This document shows positions 31,099-41,100 of a DNA stretch of 64,000 nucleotides, one piece after another. Every line of letters begins with the position of its first letter. The stretch's first letter is position 1. The notes beneath the pieces are model-generated. The model was not told the origin of the DNA. It saw only the letters and a list, made by a program, of their open reading frames with translations, and did no database searches. The translations under genes and the position numbers were made by a program. The DNA comes from Candidatus Versatilivorator sp. (lineage in GTDB: Bacteria; Acidobacteriota; Terriglobia; Versatilivoradales; Versatilivoraceae): contig OZ242296.1 of NCBI GenBank assembly GCA_965207735.1, forward strand, positions 2,080,001 through 2,144,000, in the 5' to 3' direction.

Positions 31099-31739
31099 GC
31101 CCGATCACCGGCGCCGACCGACGCAAGGGGCAAGAACTGCTGCATCGGCAGTGCTGGAACTGGGGCCGGGACATCGTGCGTCCGGAAGGCAACCTCCTGC
31201 TCGAAGCGGGCTTCCTCAAGGAACGGCCGCCCGAAGGAGAAGCAGGATCGAGCTGCTACACGCTCACGCTACCCGACGGCGACAGCCTCATGTTGTGGGG
31301 TTTCGGCCTCCTGTACGGAACGCTGCGGAAGGGCGGCGTCTTCCTCAACCGCTACCAGTTTAAACCCCTTTGGCTGCCGTTGGAGACGGTCCAAGAGCCA
31401 ATTTGGAGGCCCGACATGATCCCGGCCGCACAGACGCCTCCGTCGCCCCGCGTACCGGTTGACTTGACCGTCGCCGCCATTCGGCGCGTCGCGGACTACG
31501 AGGAGTGGGCGCTCGCGCGCTGCGGTCTGGAGTATCGACGCGCCGTCCTGCGACAATGGAAACGGCGTTCCGAGCGACTGCCGCCGCAGACGTTTCCTCA
31601 GGCTTGGCGCGCGCTCGCCGACGCAATCGAAGGCCAACCCGCACCTGTATCGCCCGCGATGACCTTTTCCAGCGGCAGACGGGCCATCTGTACGGGAAGT
31701 TCGGGGCTAGCCCGTATTTCTCATCAGGGGGTGCGATGA
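31095..31739 (+). CDS. Conserved hypothetical protein
   Basis: GTGA overlap with the FeoB-like stop; protein-like motif QCWNWGRDIVRPEGNLLL..GF..ERPP...SSCY...LWGFGL.YG. Confidence 0.65.
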   Translation: MSPITGADRRKGQELLHRQCWNWGRDIVRPEGNLLLEAGFLKERPPEGEAGSSCYTLTLPDGDSLMLWGFGLLYGTLRKGGVFLNRYQFKPLWLPLETVQEPIWRPDMIPAAQTPPSPRVPVDLTVAAIRRVADYEEWALARCGLEYRRAVLRQWKRRSERLPPQTFPQAWRALADAIEGQPAPVSPAMTFSSGRRAICTGSSGLARISHQGVR

Positions 31740-32002
31740 TCGCGCAGGATTTTCGCCTTCAGCGCGTGCTCGCGACTGAAAATGCGGGATGCAAGGGGAT
31801 GAAGCGGAACCGTATCGGACAACGACGGACGCCAGATCTTCTGGTAAATCAATGGAAATGGGATACTTAAGTACATTACTGGACATATCTGGACGATATG
31901 TCTATCTCTCACAACGCAGCCCGCAAGACTGCTTTTTCGACACAAGTCAGAGGCTTCCTTCCTCGACCCGACGACTCCGTCAGCCATTCGGGCTCGGCAG
32001 AA

Positions 32003-34510
32003 CTACAGGCGGGATTTCCGAATGGCCCTGCGAGTCAAAAAGTCGCGATAGCCCGCAAAGGCGGCATTGACGTCCTCTGGCGTCAGGCCGTAGTCCCCCA
32101 GGTCGTAGCGATGCCGGGGCTCGCCGCGGCGGCGCTCCGCTTGCCGGAACAGCCAGTCGTCCATGGCGATAATCGTCCCTTGATTGAGCTGCCAGTTGAA
32201 CCGCTCATAGATGGCGTGGACGACCGCCATGGGATCCTCGACCAGATCCACATAGTTCACGTCGATCCAGCGGTGCTCCAGTTCGGGATGGCTTTCCCGG
32301 AACTGAACGGCCCTGCCCACCATGCCGCTCATGAAGGCCAACTGCTCGCGGCCGAACTCATCCCGCGGCAGGGGCTCGCTGGAAAGGGAGCGTACCCGCT
32401 CCACTAGGCTGTTCCAGGATCCCATGAACTGCGAGGGCTCACGGTGGGTCTGGATGAACAGGGCGTCCGGGTAGGTCTTGATGAGGGTTTCCATTTCCAT
32501 GAGGTGAAAGGGCATCTTGAGCAACCATTGGCCCTGGCGCCCGGGCTCACGCTGACGCCGCTGCCAGGCGAAATGCTGCAGGGTGCGGCGATGGAAGGCG
32601 TAAGCGTCTCCGGAACCGTTCGCGTCCAGCCACCGGCCATATTCCGGCACATGGAATCGAGAGGTAGAGACCCATGCCGAGAAGGCCATCCTGAAGATCG
32701 GGAATTCCTCTTCCGGTTCGTCGACGTTGAAATCGTGAACGCCCTCCAAGACCTTGAAGATGTCGGATGCTCGCAGCGCTTCCTCGGTTCGCACCCGGCG
32801 GGGGTCGTCGCGGGTGCCCGCAACCGTGGCGTACTCATCCGTCGAGAGGACCGGCTCGGCGTACTCGTATAGCCGCAACGTCCAAAACCGCCTGTCGCGC
32901 GACATCAGTCGGTGCAGGTAGGTCGTGCCGGTGCGGTTGATGCCCACGATGAAGACCGGCTGGAGGGTCTGCTCCCGTTCGATCTCGGGGTGCTGCCGCC
33001 GTTCGCGGGCCAACCGTGCGTTGTTGCGCAAGAAACGGTTCATTTCAAAGACGACGTCGCCGATCTTATCCTCCAACAGTCGCGCATCTGGTGAGTTTAA
33101 CGCTCCGACCAGTTGCTGCAGACCCTGACGCATCCACTCCGGACAGGCCGAGTCGAAGGGAACGCCCTCGTCCTTGGCGTAGCGCTCGGCCCGGGCCGTC
33201 AGGCAGGCGAAGTCCAGGCGGGTTAGCGGCACCTGATACGGCCATTCTTCCCGATGGTCCTTGACCCACTGACCAGAGCGTCTCAGCTTGGTCAACATGC
33301 CCAGCCACTCGATCGGGCGCGAGTTGTCCTCGCGGACGGCGCGGTCGCAAATGGGTAGCCTGTCCTTCGGCTTGTTCTTGCTGAACCAGTACTTCCCCAA
33401 ATGATCGAACACGGCCCAGTGGCCATGGAGCGGGGAATTTTTGCCGCGCGCCTGGCAGGCGCGCTTGAATGCCTCGTAGGGTACCTCGAGCCAATAGAGC
33501 CCGAAATCGGCGGGTTCCAGGTCGTAATGATCCAACTGCGGATTGCAGCAATGGTAGATCGTGTAACGACGTAGGGGATTCAGGGAAATGGCCGTACAGG
33601 CTTCGCTCAGCGCATCGACCGCCTCGTTGCTGGATCGAAAGGTGAATTCCTCGGGTAACGTTTCCGAATCGACCACCGCGGCAAACAGGCGCACACTGAG
33701 ATCGTGCTCCGGAGTATATCCCGCGCTGGACAAACTGGTTTGCGGCAGCCGAAAAATCGCCAGCGGCATACCGGCCTGTTGCGCGAACAGGAGTATCTGC
33801 TCGGATGTCAGTTTGCTCCACGGGTAGCCGAGAAACCCAAGCGGGAACATTCTCTTCATGCGTCGGAGATCCGGTTGCATCTGGTGGTCGATGCGGCTGT
33901 TCTTGAATTCATGTGCGAAACTGCAGAAATACTGGGGGAACACACCCATGGTCGAGGCATAGAACAGGTGCTTGAAGCGTTTGCGCAAGCACAACTCGAG
34001 CACGTTGCGAAGGCTGAACGTATTGACCTTGCGTATGGCGAGATAGGACGACACAAGATCTATGGAGGCCGCAAGATGATAGGCGGCGTCGATCCGTTGG
34101 CACAGGACATCGAAATCCGCTTCGTTCAAGCCGAATCGCGTCTCGGCGACGTCACCGACTACGACGCAAATGCGCGACGCGAAGGATTCGTCCCAGATGC
34201 CTGCCCGCTCCAGGGCGGCGCGTATGCGCCCGAAACCGTGATCGACACTCCTGGCCCGAACGATGCAATGCACCAGGAGCTCGGGGTTCTGTCTCAACAG
34301 GTCGCACAAGAAGAAACGACCGATGAAACCGGTCGCCCCGGTCAAGAATACCTCCCTGAAATCACTCGGAGAAACGGCGGCTGCCGGCGCTTCCCCACTG
34401 ACTGTCTCGTGAACGAATCGACGCAGGGTTTCGACGTCCTTCTGGCAGTGCCGCGGCAAATTGCCATTGAGCGGCGCCACCATTGTGTCGGCAGCGGTTC
34501 TTTCGATCAT
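32003..34510 (-). CDS. swfB: Thioester reductase - sulfotransferase fusion (SwfB-like)
   Basis: R domain: VFLTGATGFIG, YHLAA, YPWSK. ST domain: IVGINRTGTTYL (PAPS 5'-PSB), WLLKMPFH, THREP, HRY.L.DYGL. Confidence 0.88.
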   Translation of the reverse strand: MIERTAADTMVAPLNGNLPRHCQKDVETLRRFVHETVSGEAPAAAVSPSDFREVFLTGATGFIGRFFLCDLLRQNPELLVHCIVRARSVDHGFGRIRAALERAGIWDESFASRICVVVGDVAETRFGLNEADFDVLCQRIDAAYHLAASIDLVSSYLAIRKVNTFSLRNVLELCLRKRFKHLFYASTMGVFPQYFCSFAHEFKNSRIDHQMQPDLRRMKRMFPLGFLGYPWSKLTSEQILLFAQQAGMPLAIFRLPQTSLSSAGYTPEHDLSVRLFAAVVDSETLPEEFTFRSSNEAVDALSEACTAISLNPLRRYTIYHCCNPQLDHYDLEPADFGLYWLEVPYEAFKRACQARGKNSPLHGHWAVFDHLGKYWFSKNKPKDRLPICDRAVREDNSRPIEWLGMLTKLRRSGQWVKDHREEWPYQVPLTRLDFACLTARAERYAKDEGVPFDSACPEWMRQGLQQLVGALNSPDARLLEDKIGDVVFEMNRFLRNNARLARERRQHPEIEREQTLQPVFIVGINRTGTTYLHRLMSRDRRFWTLRLYEYAEPVLSTDEYATVAGTRDDPRRVRTEEALRASDIFKVLEGVHDFNVDEPEEEFPIFRMAFSAWVSTSRFHVPEYGRWLDANGSGDAYAFHRRTLQHFAWQRRQREPGRQGQWLLKMPFHLMEMETLIKTYPDALFIQTHREPSQFMGSWNSLVERVRSLSSEPLPRDEFGREQLAFMSGMVGRAVQFRESHPELEHRWIDVNYVDLVEDPMAVVHAIYERFNWQLNQGTIIAMDDWLFRQAERRRGEPRHRYDLGDYGLTPEDVNAAFAGYRDFLTRRAIRKSRL

Positions 34511-34551
34511 GTTTTCTCTCTCCCTGAATCGTGGCGACTCGCAACGTTGCT

Positions 34552-36324
34552 TTACATCGCTGCCGAGTGTGTGAACCGGTCTATCTGGGAGCTCACGGCG
34601 GACCGGAACAAATTTAGGGCATCATCGATTCCATCGCCGAGGTAGCGGAATTCATCGGGAATCGACGCATGGCGCGTTTCGGATTGCGTGAACAACGCTT
34701 GCTTCTGCTTCTCGATTTCTTCCACATCCCGGACATTGTGCGAAACTGCTTCCTTGAACCTCCCCAACTCGGTCGCCAAGAACTGCTTGAAGTCGCCGAT
34801 GGCAATCTGCTGACTGGTGATCTTTTCAAAGTGGTAGCCCAGGGCAGCCAGGCGGATCGCCTCCGGCAGCAAGCCGGGACGGTTTCTGGAAACTTTGGCG
34901 ATGAACTTCGTATAGGCCGGGACCTGCTTGGCGGAGAGTTGACGGCGAACAGACATGATGGCCAGAAAAAGCGCATTCTTGCTCATTGGCTTCAGCAGGT
35001 GTGGAATGGGCTTGAGGTGTTCAAGCAACGTCAGGCAGCGCAGGAAGTAATTCTCGAGAGTCGGGTCGTAGATGGTGGTGATGACGCGCCGGTATCCCGC
35101 CATCAATCTGTCGACATCCATCTCCGGCTCGAAGTTGAGGCCGACGTTGACACTCGTCAGGTTCAGGACGCGGTCGGTGCCGCTTCCGAAGGACTCTTCC
35201 AATAACCGGTTTTCCCTTTTCAGACGATCATAAAGATTGGTGTCCTTCAGAGCGTTCAACAACCCGACCATGGCCATGGGAATGCCGACTTCCTGAATGA
35301 AATCGATCTGGGCATCGAACGCACCTTCGTCATCATCATCCAGACCCAGGATGAATCCTCCATCGACCCGCATCCCTTTCTGTTGGATCTTGCGGACGGA
35401 TTTGAAAAGGTAATTCTCCTCCCGCTTGCTGACGTTCTGCGGTTTCTTCATCTTGCGCAAGGCCTTGGGGTTCGGCGTTTCGATACCCAGAAACACGGAA
35501 TCGAAGCCCGCTTCAATCATGCCGTCCATCAATTCATCCAAAAGGGCCAGATTCACACTGGCTTCGGTAAACAGGGAAAACGGATAGCCGCGGGCCTTCT
35601 GCCATTCGGTAATGGCACGCACCAACTTCATCGCCTCCCGCTTGTTGCCGATGAAGTTATCGTCAACCAGGAAGACATGGCTTCGCCAGCCCAGTCGATA
35701 CAGCAACTCGAATTCGTCCAGCATCCGATCCGGCGACTTGGTCCGGGGCACCCGACCGTAGAGCTTGGTGATATCGCAGAATTCACAGTCAAACGGGCAT
35801 CCGCGGGAAAACTGCAGGGACATGGAGTAATAGGCCTTCATGTCGATGAGGTCGAAGCGCGGAACAGGTGTCCGGGTCACATCCGGTTTTCGCGGCTCGC
35901 GGTAGATGGCCGCGGCCGTGCCGTTTTCCAGGTCTCGCAGAAAATCGCCAAAGGTCTCCTCGACCTCATCCAGCACAAAATGATCTACACCGCTGATCTC
36001 GCCATGATAGGTGGTGGGATAGGGCCCTCCGGCCACAACGGGAACGCCGGCCCGGTTGCATCGCTCCGTAACGGTCTGCAGGGATTTCCGTTGGACAACC
36101 ATGGTGGAGGTAAAGACCAGGTCCGCCCACTCCAGATCGGCCTCCTCCAGGGGAGTCACGTTCATATCCACCACGCGCAGGTTGTACTTCGGCGGGAACA
36201 TGGCCGCGACGGTGAGCAGACCCAGAGGCGGAAAGGCAGCCTTGATCCGGAAAATCTCCAGCGCAAAATTGACCCCCCAGTAGGAAGGAGGATATTGGGG
36301 ATACACCAGAAGTGCATTGGGCAT
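34552..36324 (-). CDS. swfC: B12-binding radical SAM protein (DUF4070/HpnP-like), SwfC-like copy 2
   Basis: PPLGLLTVAA, VVAGGPY (B12 domain), SRGCPFDCEFC, FLVDDNFIG, VFLGIET, GGFILGLD. Confidence 0.88.
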   Translation of the reverse strand: MPNALLVYPQYPPSYWGVNFALEIFRIKAAFPPLGLLTVAAMFPPKYNLRVVDMNVTPLEEADLEWADLVFTSTMVVQRKSLQTVTERCNRAGVPVVAGGPYPTTYHGEISGVDHFVLDEVEETFGDFLRDLENGTAAAIYREPRKPDVTRTPVPRFDLIDMKAYYSMSLQFSRGCPFDCEFCDITKLYGRVPRTKSPDRMLDEFELLYRLGWRSHVFLVDDNFIGNKREAMKLVRAITEWQKARGYPFSLFTEASVNLALLDELMDGMIEAGFDSVFLGIETPNPKALRKMKKPQNVSKREENYLFKSVRKIQQKGMRVDGGFILGLDDDDEGAFDAQIDFIQEVGIPMAMVGLLNALKDTNLYDRLKRENRLLEESFGSGTDRVLNLTSVNVGLNFEPEMDVDRLMAGYRRVITTIYDPTLENYFLRCLTLLEHLKPIPHLLKPMSKNALFLAIMSVRRQLSAKQVPAYTKFIAKVSRNRPGLLPEAIRLAALGYHFEKITSQQIAIGDFKQFLATELGRFKEAVSHNVRDVEEIEKQKQALFTQSETRHASIPDEFRYLGDGIDDALNLFRSAVSSQIDRFTHSAAM

Positions 36325-36366
36325 GGCAACCTTCTTGTCCTGTCGCGCAGATTACAGGGCTGTTTC

Positions 36367-38109
36367 TTACTCTGCCGCCGAGCGGGTGAGGTGGTCTGCC
36401 TGAGCATTCACCGAGACTCGAAAGGACTCCAACGCAGACTCGATTCCATCTCCAAGATATCGAAAGTCGTCCGGAATCGATTGGTTGCGCGCCTGTGCTC
36501 TCACCAACAACTCTCTCCGCCGAGCTCTGATTTCCTCCACTTCCTTAACAGAACCGGAAGAGGTTTCCCTGAAACTTGCCGCCTCGGCTTCCAAAAATGC
36601 CTTGAAGTCGTGGATGGTCATCTGCTGGCGGGTGGCCTTTTCGAAGTGGTAGCCCAAGGCGGCCAGCCGAATCGCCTCGGGGAGCATGCGGGGATGGTCC
36701 TTGGAGACGTTGGCGATAAACCTCATGTAGGCAGGGACTTGCTCGGTGGAAAGCTGGCGGCGCAAGCCCATCATGTTTGCATAAAGCGCAATCTTGCTCT
36801 GCGGTTTTTGCAATTGCGGAACGGTTGTGAGGTGTTCGAAGAACGTCAGGCAACGCTTGAAGTAATTCTCCAGAGTCGGGTCGTAGACACTGGCGGTCAC
36901 GCGCCGGTATCCCTCGATCAACACCTCGGGATCCATCTCCGGCACGAAGTTGAGGGCCGTGGAGCTCGTACCGATGGAAACGTCCAATAGCCGGTTTTCC
37001 GACTGCAGACGCCGATACAGGTCGGTTCCCTTCAGGGCGCCCAATAACCCGATCAAAGCCATCGGAATGCCGGCCTCCTGAATAAAACCGATTTGCAGGT
37101 CAAACACGCCCTCATCATCCTCGTCCAGGCCCAGGATGAACCCTCCCATGACCTGCATCCCCTTCCGCTGGATGGTTCGGACGGAATTGAGAAGGTAATT
37201 ATCGTCCCGCTTGTCGGTGTTCTGCGGTTTCTTCATCTTCAGCAAGGCCTTGGGATTGGGTGTTTCAATACCCACGAAGACGGAATTGAATCCGGCTTCA
37301 ACCATGACGTCCATCAATTCATCCATGCGGGCCAGGTTCATGCTCGCTTCCGTGAACAGGGAGAACGGATAACCACGAGCCTGCTGCCATTCGGCAATGA
37401 CCCGCAGCAGCCTCATTGCCGCTCGCTTGTTGCCGATGAAGTTGTCGTCAACCAGGAAAAGGCGGCCCCGCCAGCCCAGTCGATACAAGGCCTCAAACTC
37501 ATCCGCCATCTGATCCGGCGACTTGGTCCGGGCTACGCGACCGTAGAGCTTGGTGATGTCGCAGAACTCACAGTCGAACGGGCAGCCCCGCGAGAACTGC
37601 ACGCACATCGAGTGGTAGTTCCTCGTCTCTATGAGGTCGAAGCGTGGGACGGGTGTCCGGGTCACATCCGGTTTTCGCGGCTCGCGATAAATGGCATTGG
37701 CCGTGCCGCTCTCCAGGTCGCGCAGAAAATCGCCAAAAGTCTCCTCCACCTCATCCAGCACGAAGTGGTCGACACCGTGGATCTCATCGTGAAAGGAAGT
37801 GGGATAGGGTCCTCCCGCCACCACGGGAACGCCGGCCCGGTTGCACCGGCCGATGACGACCTGCAGGGCTTCCCGTTGAACGATCATGGTAGAGGTAAAC
37901 ACCAGATCCGCCCACTTCAGGTCCGACTCTTCCAGGGGAGTCACATTCATGTCCACGACCCGGAGGTCGTAGTCCGGCGGAAACATCGCGGCGACGGTGA
38001 GCAGACCCAGAGGTGGGAAGGCTGCCTTGATGCCCAGCATATCCAGCGCAAAATTCGCGCCCCAATAGGAAGGGGGATTTTCGGGGTAAACCAACAGAGC
38101 ATTCGGCAT
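36367..38109 (-). CDS. swfC: B12-binding radical SAM protein (DUF4070/HpnP-like), SwfC-like copy 1
   Basis: Same motifs. Start set at MPNALLVYP (38109), matching the paralog and lying just after the PKS stop. Confidence 0.88.
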   Translation of the reverse strand: MPNALLVYPENPPSYWGANFALDMLGIKAAFPPLGLLTVAAMFPPDYDLRVVDMNVTPLEESDLKWADLVFTSTMIVQREALQVVIGRCNRAGVPVVAGGPYPTSFHDEIHGVDHFVLDEVEETFGDFLRDLESGTANAIYREPRKPDVTRTPVPRFDLIETRNYHSMCVQFSRGCPFDCEFCDITKLYGRVARTKSPDQMADEFEALYRLGWRGRLFLVDDNFIGNKRAAMRLLRVIAEWQQARGYPFSLFTEASMNLARMDELMDVMVEAGFNSVFVGIETPNPKALLKMKKPQNTDKRDDNYLLNSVRTIQRKGMQVMGGFILGLDEDDEGVFDLQIGFIQEAGIPMALIGLLGALKGTDLYRRLQSENRLLDVSIGTSSTALNFVPEMDPEVLIEGYRRVTASVYDPTLENYFKRCLTFFEHLTTVPQLQKPQSKIALYANMMGLRRQLSTEQVPAYMRFIANVSKDHPRMLPEAIRLAALGYHFEKATRQQMTIHDFKAFLEAEAASFRETSSGSVKEVEEIRARRRELLVRAQARNQSIPDDFRYLGDGIESALESFRVSVNAQADHLTRSAAE

Positions 38110-38111
38110 GA

Positions 38112-41100
38112 CTACGTCTTCCCCTGTTCCTCCATTGCCATGTCGGCCGCCCAGGGCCGTCGCGGGACAGCGGATTCTCGGGCGGTATCGAACACATCTC
38201 GCGGATGGGGAAAGTGATCCTCGATCGCGTTGGCGAAAACCGATGGCGCGCGGCGGGCGCGCTGTCGGACAATCAGGGTGGCATCCTCGGAAACGGCCCC
38301 ATCCGCCTCGGCCGGATCGTCCTCGACATTCTCTTTTCCATGGATGATACCCCGTGCCAGCGACAGGCATGAGGCGGTAGTCATCAGCTCCAGGGCGCTC
38401 ACCCGGTAGTTGAACTGCGTCTGGATGAACGTGCCCAGCTCGGCCACCGAGATGGAGGTGAGCCCGAAACTGGCCAGGGGTTCCTCCACGTCACCCTCCT
38501 CGTGACCGCAGAGCTCGGCGACCTTGGCAGCAATCTGCGCCACGACGCTCTCAAGCGTCAACTCGCCCTCCACGCCGGCCTTGAAGGCGTCCTGATTATT
38601 CATCAAACGCCCGATGCGCATGTAGTCCGGGTAGTCGATCGTCCACGCCGGGTGCTTGAACACGGCCGTAATCAAGTGGTCCCGATCAGACATCGCGCGC
38701 AGGGCATAGTCGAGGTTGGCGATGGCGAAGTCGCTGCTGACCGGCGGAAGGCCGGCGGCCCGCATCATACGCAACACGGGGAGACTGCGCGCGGCCATGC
38801 CGGCGTCGGCGACGGCAGCCATGTTGTAGGACAGGCCAGGCAAGCCTTGGCGGCGGCGGCAGGCGGCCAGGCCGTCCAGAAAGGAGTTGGCCGCGCTGTA
38901 GTTGATCTGTCCGGGGTTGCCCAGGGCCGAGGCAGTCGAGGAGAACAGAACAAAGTAATCGAGTGGGCAGCCCTCGGTGGCGCGGTGGAGATGGAGAGCT
39001 CCGTGAGCCTTGGGTGCAAAAACCGTTGCCATGGATTCGGCCGACAGATCGTCCAGCAAACGGTCGTCCAGCGCGCCGGCCAGGTGGAATACACCCTTGA
39101 GCGGCCTCTTGAGTTGAGACACGCAGCGTCGGACATCTTCTTCCACCGCCACGTCGCCCGATACGACATCGAATTCGGCATCCTCATCCATGTACACAAG
39201 AGCGCTCGAATGACGGACCCATTCAGCGTCCCGACGACGCTCGGGGTCGCGGTCCATCAGGGTGACATGGCGCGCGCCTGCGGCCACCAGGTAAGGCAAC
39301 AGTCGCAGTCCGAAACCGCCCAGGCCACCGGTGACCAGATAGGTCGCTTCGGGATCGAGAAACGGCCGCACATCGGCAACCGTGTAACCCGCATCGCCGG
39401 CAGCCTCGGGAGCTTTCAGCACCAGTTTTCCCTGGTGGCGACCGGTGGTCATCAGGCGAAGGGCCTTGGCGTAGTCCTTGAACGGAAAGACGGTGACCGG
39501 AAGCGGCGGCAGCGCGCCTTCGTCGAGCAAGTCCAGGCAGACCTGGGAGAGCTCGCGCGACAGATGAGGGTCGTCGATCATCAGGCGGTCCACGTCGATG
39601 GCCGCGAAGCGCAGGTTCTTGCGGAAAATGCGCAGGCCGAGGTCGTTGTCCTGGTAAATGTCGACCTTGCCGATTTCGCAATGCCAGCCGCCCGGGCGCA
39701 GAGCCTGCAGACAAAGTTCAACGTGGCGGCCGGCCAGGGAGTTCAGCACGACGTCGACGCCCTCGCCTCCGGTCGCTGCCATCAGGTCGTCATGCCAGGC
39801 GTGGCTGTGCGAATCGAAAGCTGCTCGTACGCCCAGCGACAGCAATTGCTCCCGCTTGTTTTCACTGCCGGCAGTACCATAAATCTCCGCTCCCACATGC
39901 TTGGCCAGCGCGATGGCGGCCTGCCCGACGCCTCCCATGGCCGAGTGGATGAGGACTCTCTGGCCTTTGCGCAGGCGGGCCAGGTGAATCAGGGAATAGT
40001 AGGCGGTGACATAGACCGACAGCACCGAGGCGGCTTCTTCCATGCTCAGGCGGTCCGGCTTGGCGAAAACGAGGTATTGGTTGACCACGACGCGATTGGC
40101 GATGCAGCCGCCCTGTATGAAGGCTGCCTCGTCACCGGCGCGGCAACCCTTCACCTCCGACCCGACGCGGCGGACGATCCCGCTTCCTTCCATACCGACT
40201 TCACGCCCGAGGGCCGAGCGCTCATAGGCCAACGCCGGCAACAGGCCCAGCGTGACCATGACGTCTCGAAAATTGAGGGCGGCGGCCGTCACCTCGATCT
40301 CCACGTCGTCCGGCCCCAACGCCGGGAGTTCGCAGGTCTTCATCTCGAGACCGGCGATCTGACCCGGATTGTCCAGAGTGAGCCGGTAGGCGAGCTTCTC
40401 CCGGGCGGACACCCGAGAATACCGCTCTGTGATGTCAACCCACCTGGGCGCCCACAAGCGGTTCTTCCGCACCGCCAGTTCGCGCTCGCGCAAATCGCAC
40501 CGAGCCAGCCAGGCCATCGTTTCCAAATCGCCGACATCACCCAGGTCCACCAGACGAAAATCGATCCGGGCTTCCTCGTCGATTTCCACGGCCATGCTGC
40601 GAACCGCCCCCCACAGCGCACTCCCGCGCGGATTATCTACTTCGAGCACGGTTCCGCGCGTCACCACGGTCAATCGGCACGAGTGGTTCGCACTCTCCAT
40701 CCTGTACGAGACCAGAGCCTGGACAAAGGCGACAAAACGCGACACCACCTTTTCCCCCGTCGGGTCTTCCGGGTCCTCGCCACAGAAGAAGTCGATGGCA
40801 CGCAGGTCGGCCGCCCGCGGCCACGTTTCGAGTAAATGGAGGGCGTTGCCGGCGAGAGCTTCATCGGGGACCGGATGCACCTCCGGCGCATGGAGCAGGG
40901 CCACCCAGTCCGAAGCCCAGCTTCCTGGCTCCCCGAGCACCCATCGCGGGCCCGGCGGCTCTGCGGCGTCGGGAATTTCCGCGCGGGACTGCGGCGCCTG
41001 CAGCAGAGTCGTGCGCCGTCCGGCACGAACGATAGTCCAACCGGCGACGGGCCGGATGACGTCTTCCTCGCCATGAGAAACCAGGGCCAGGCCGCCGGCC

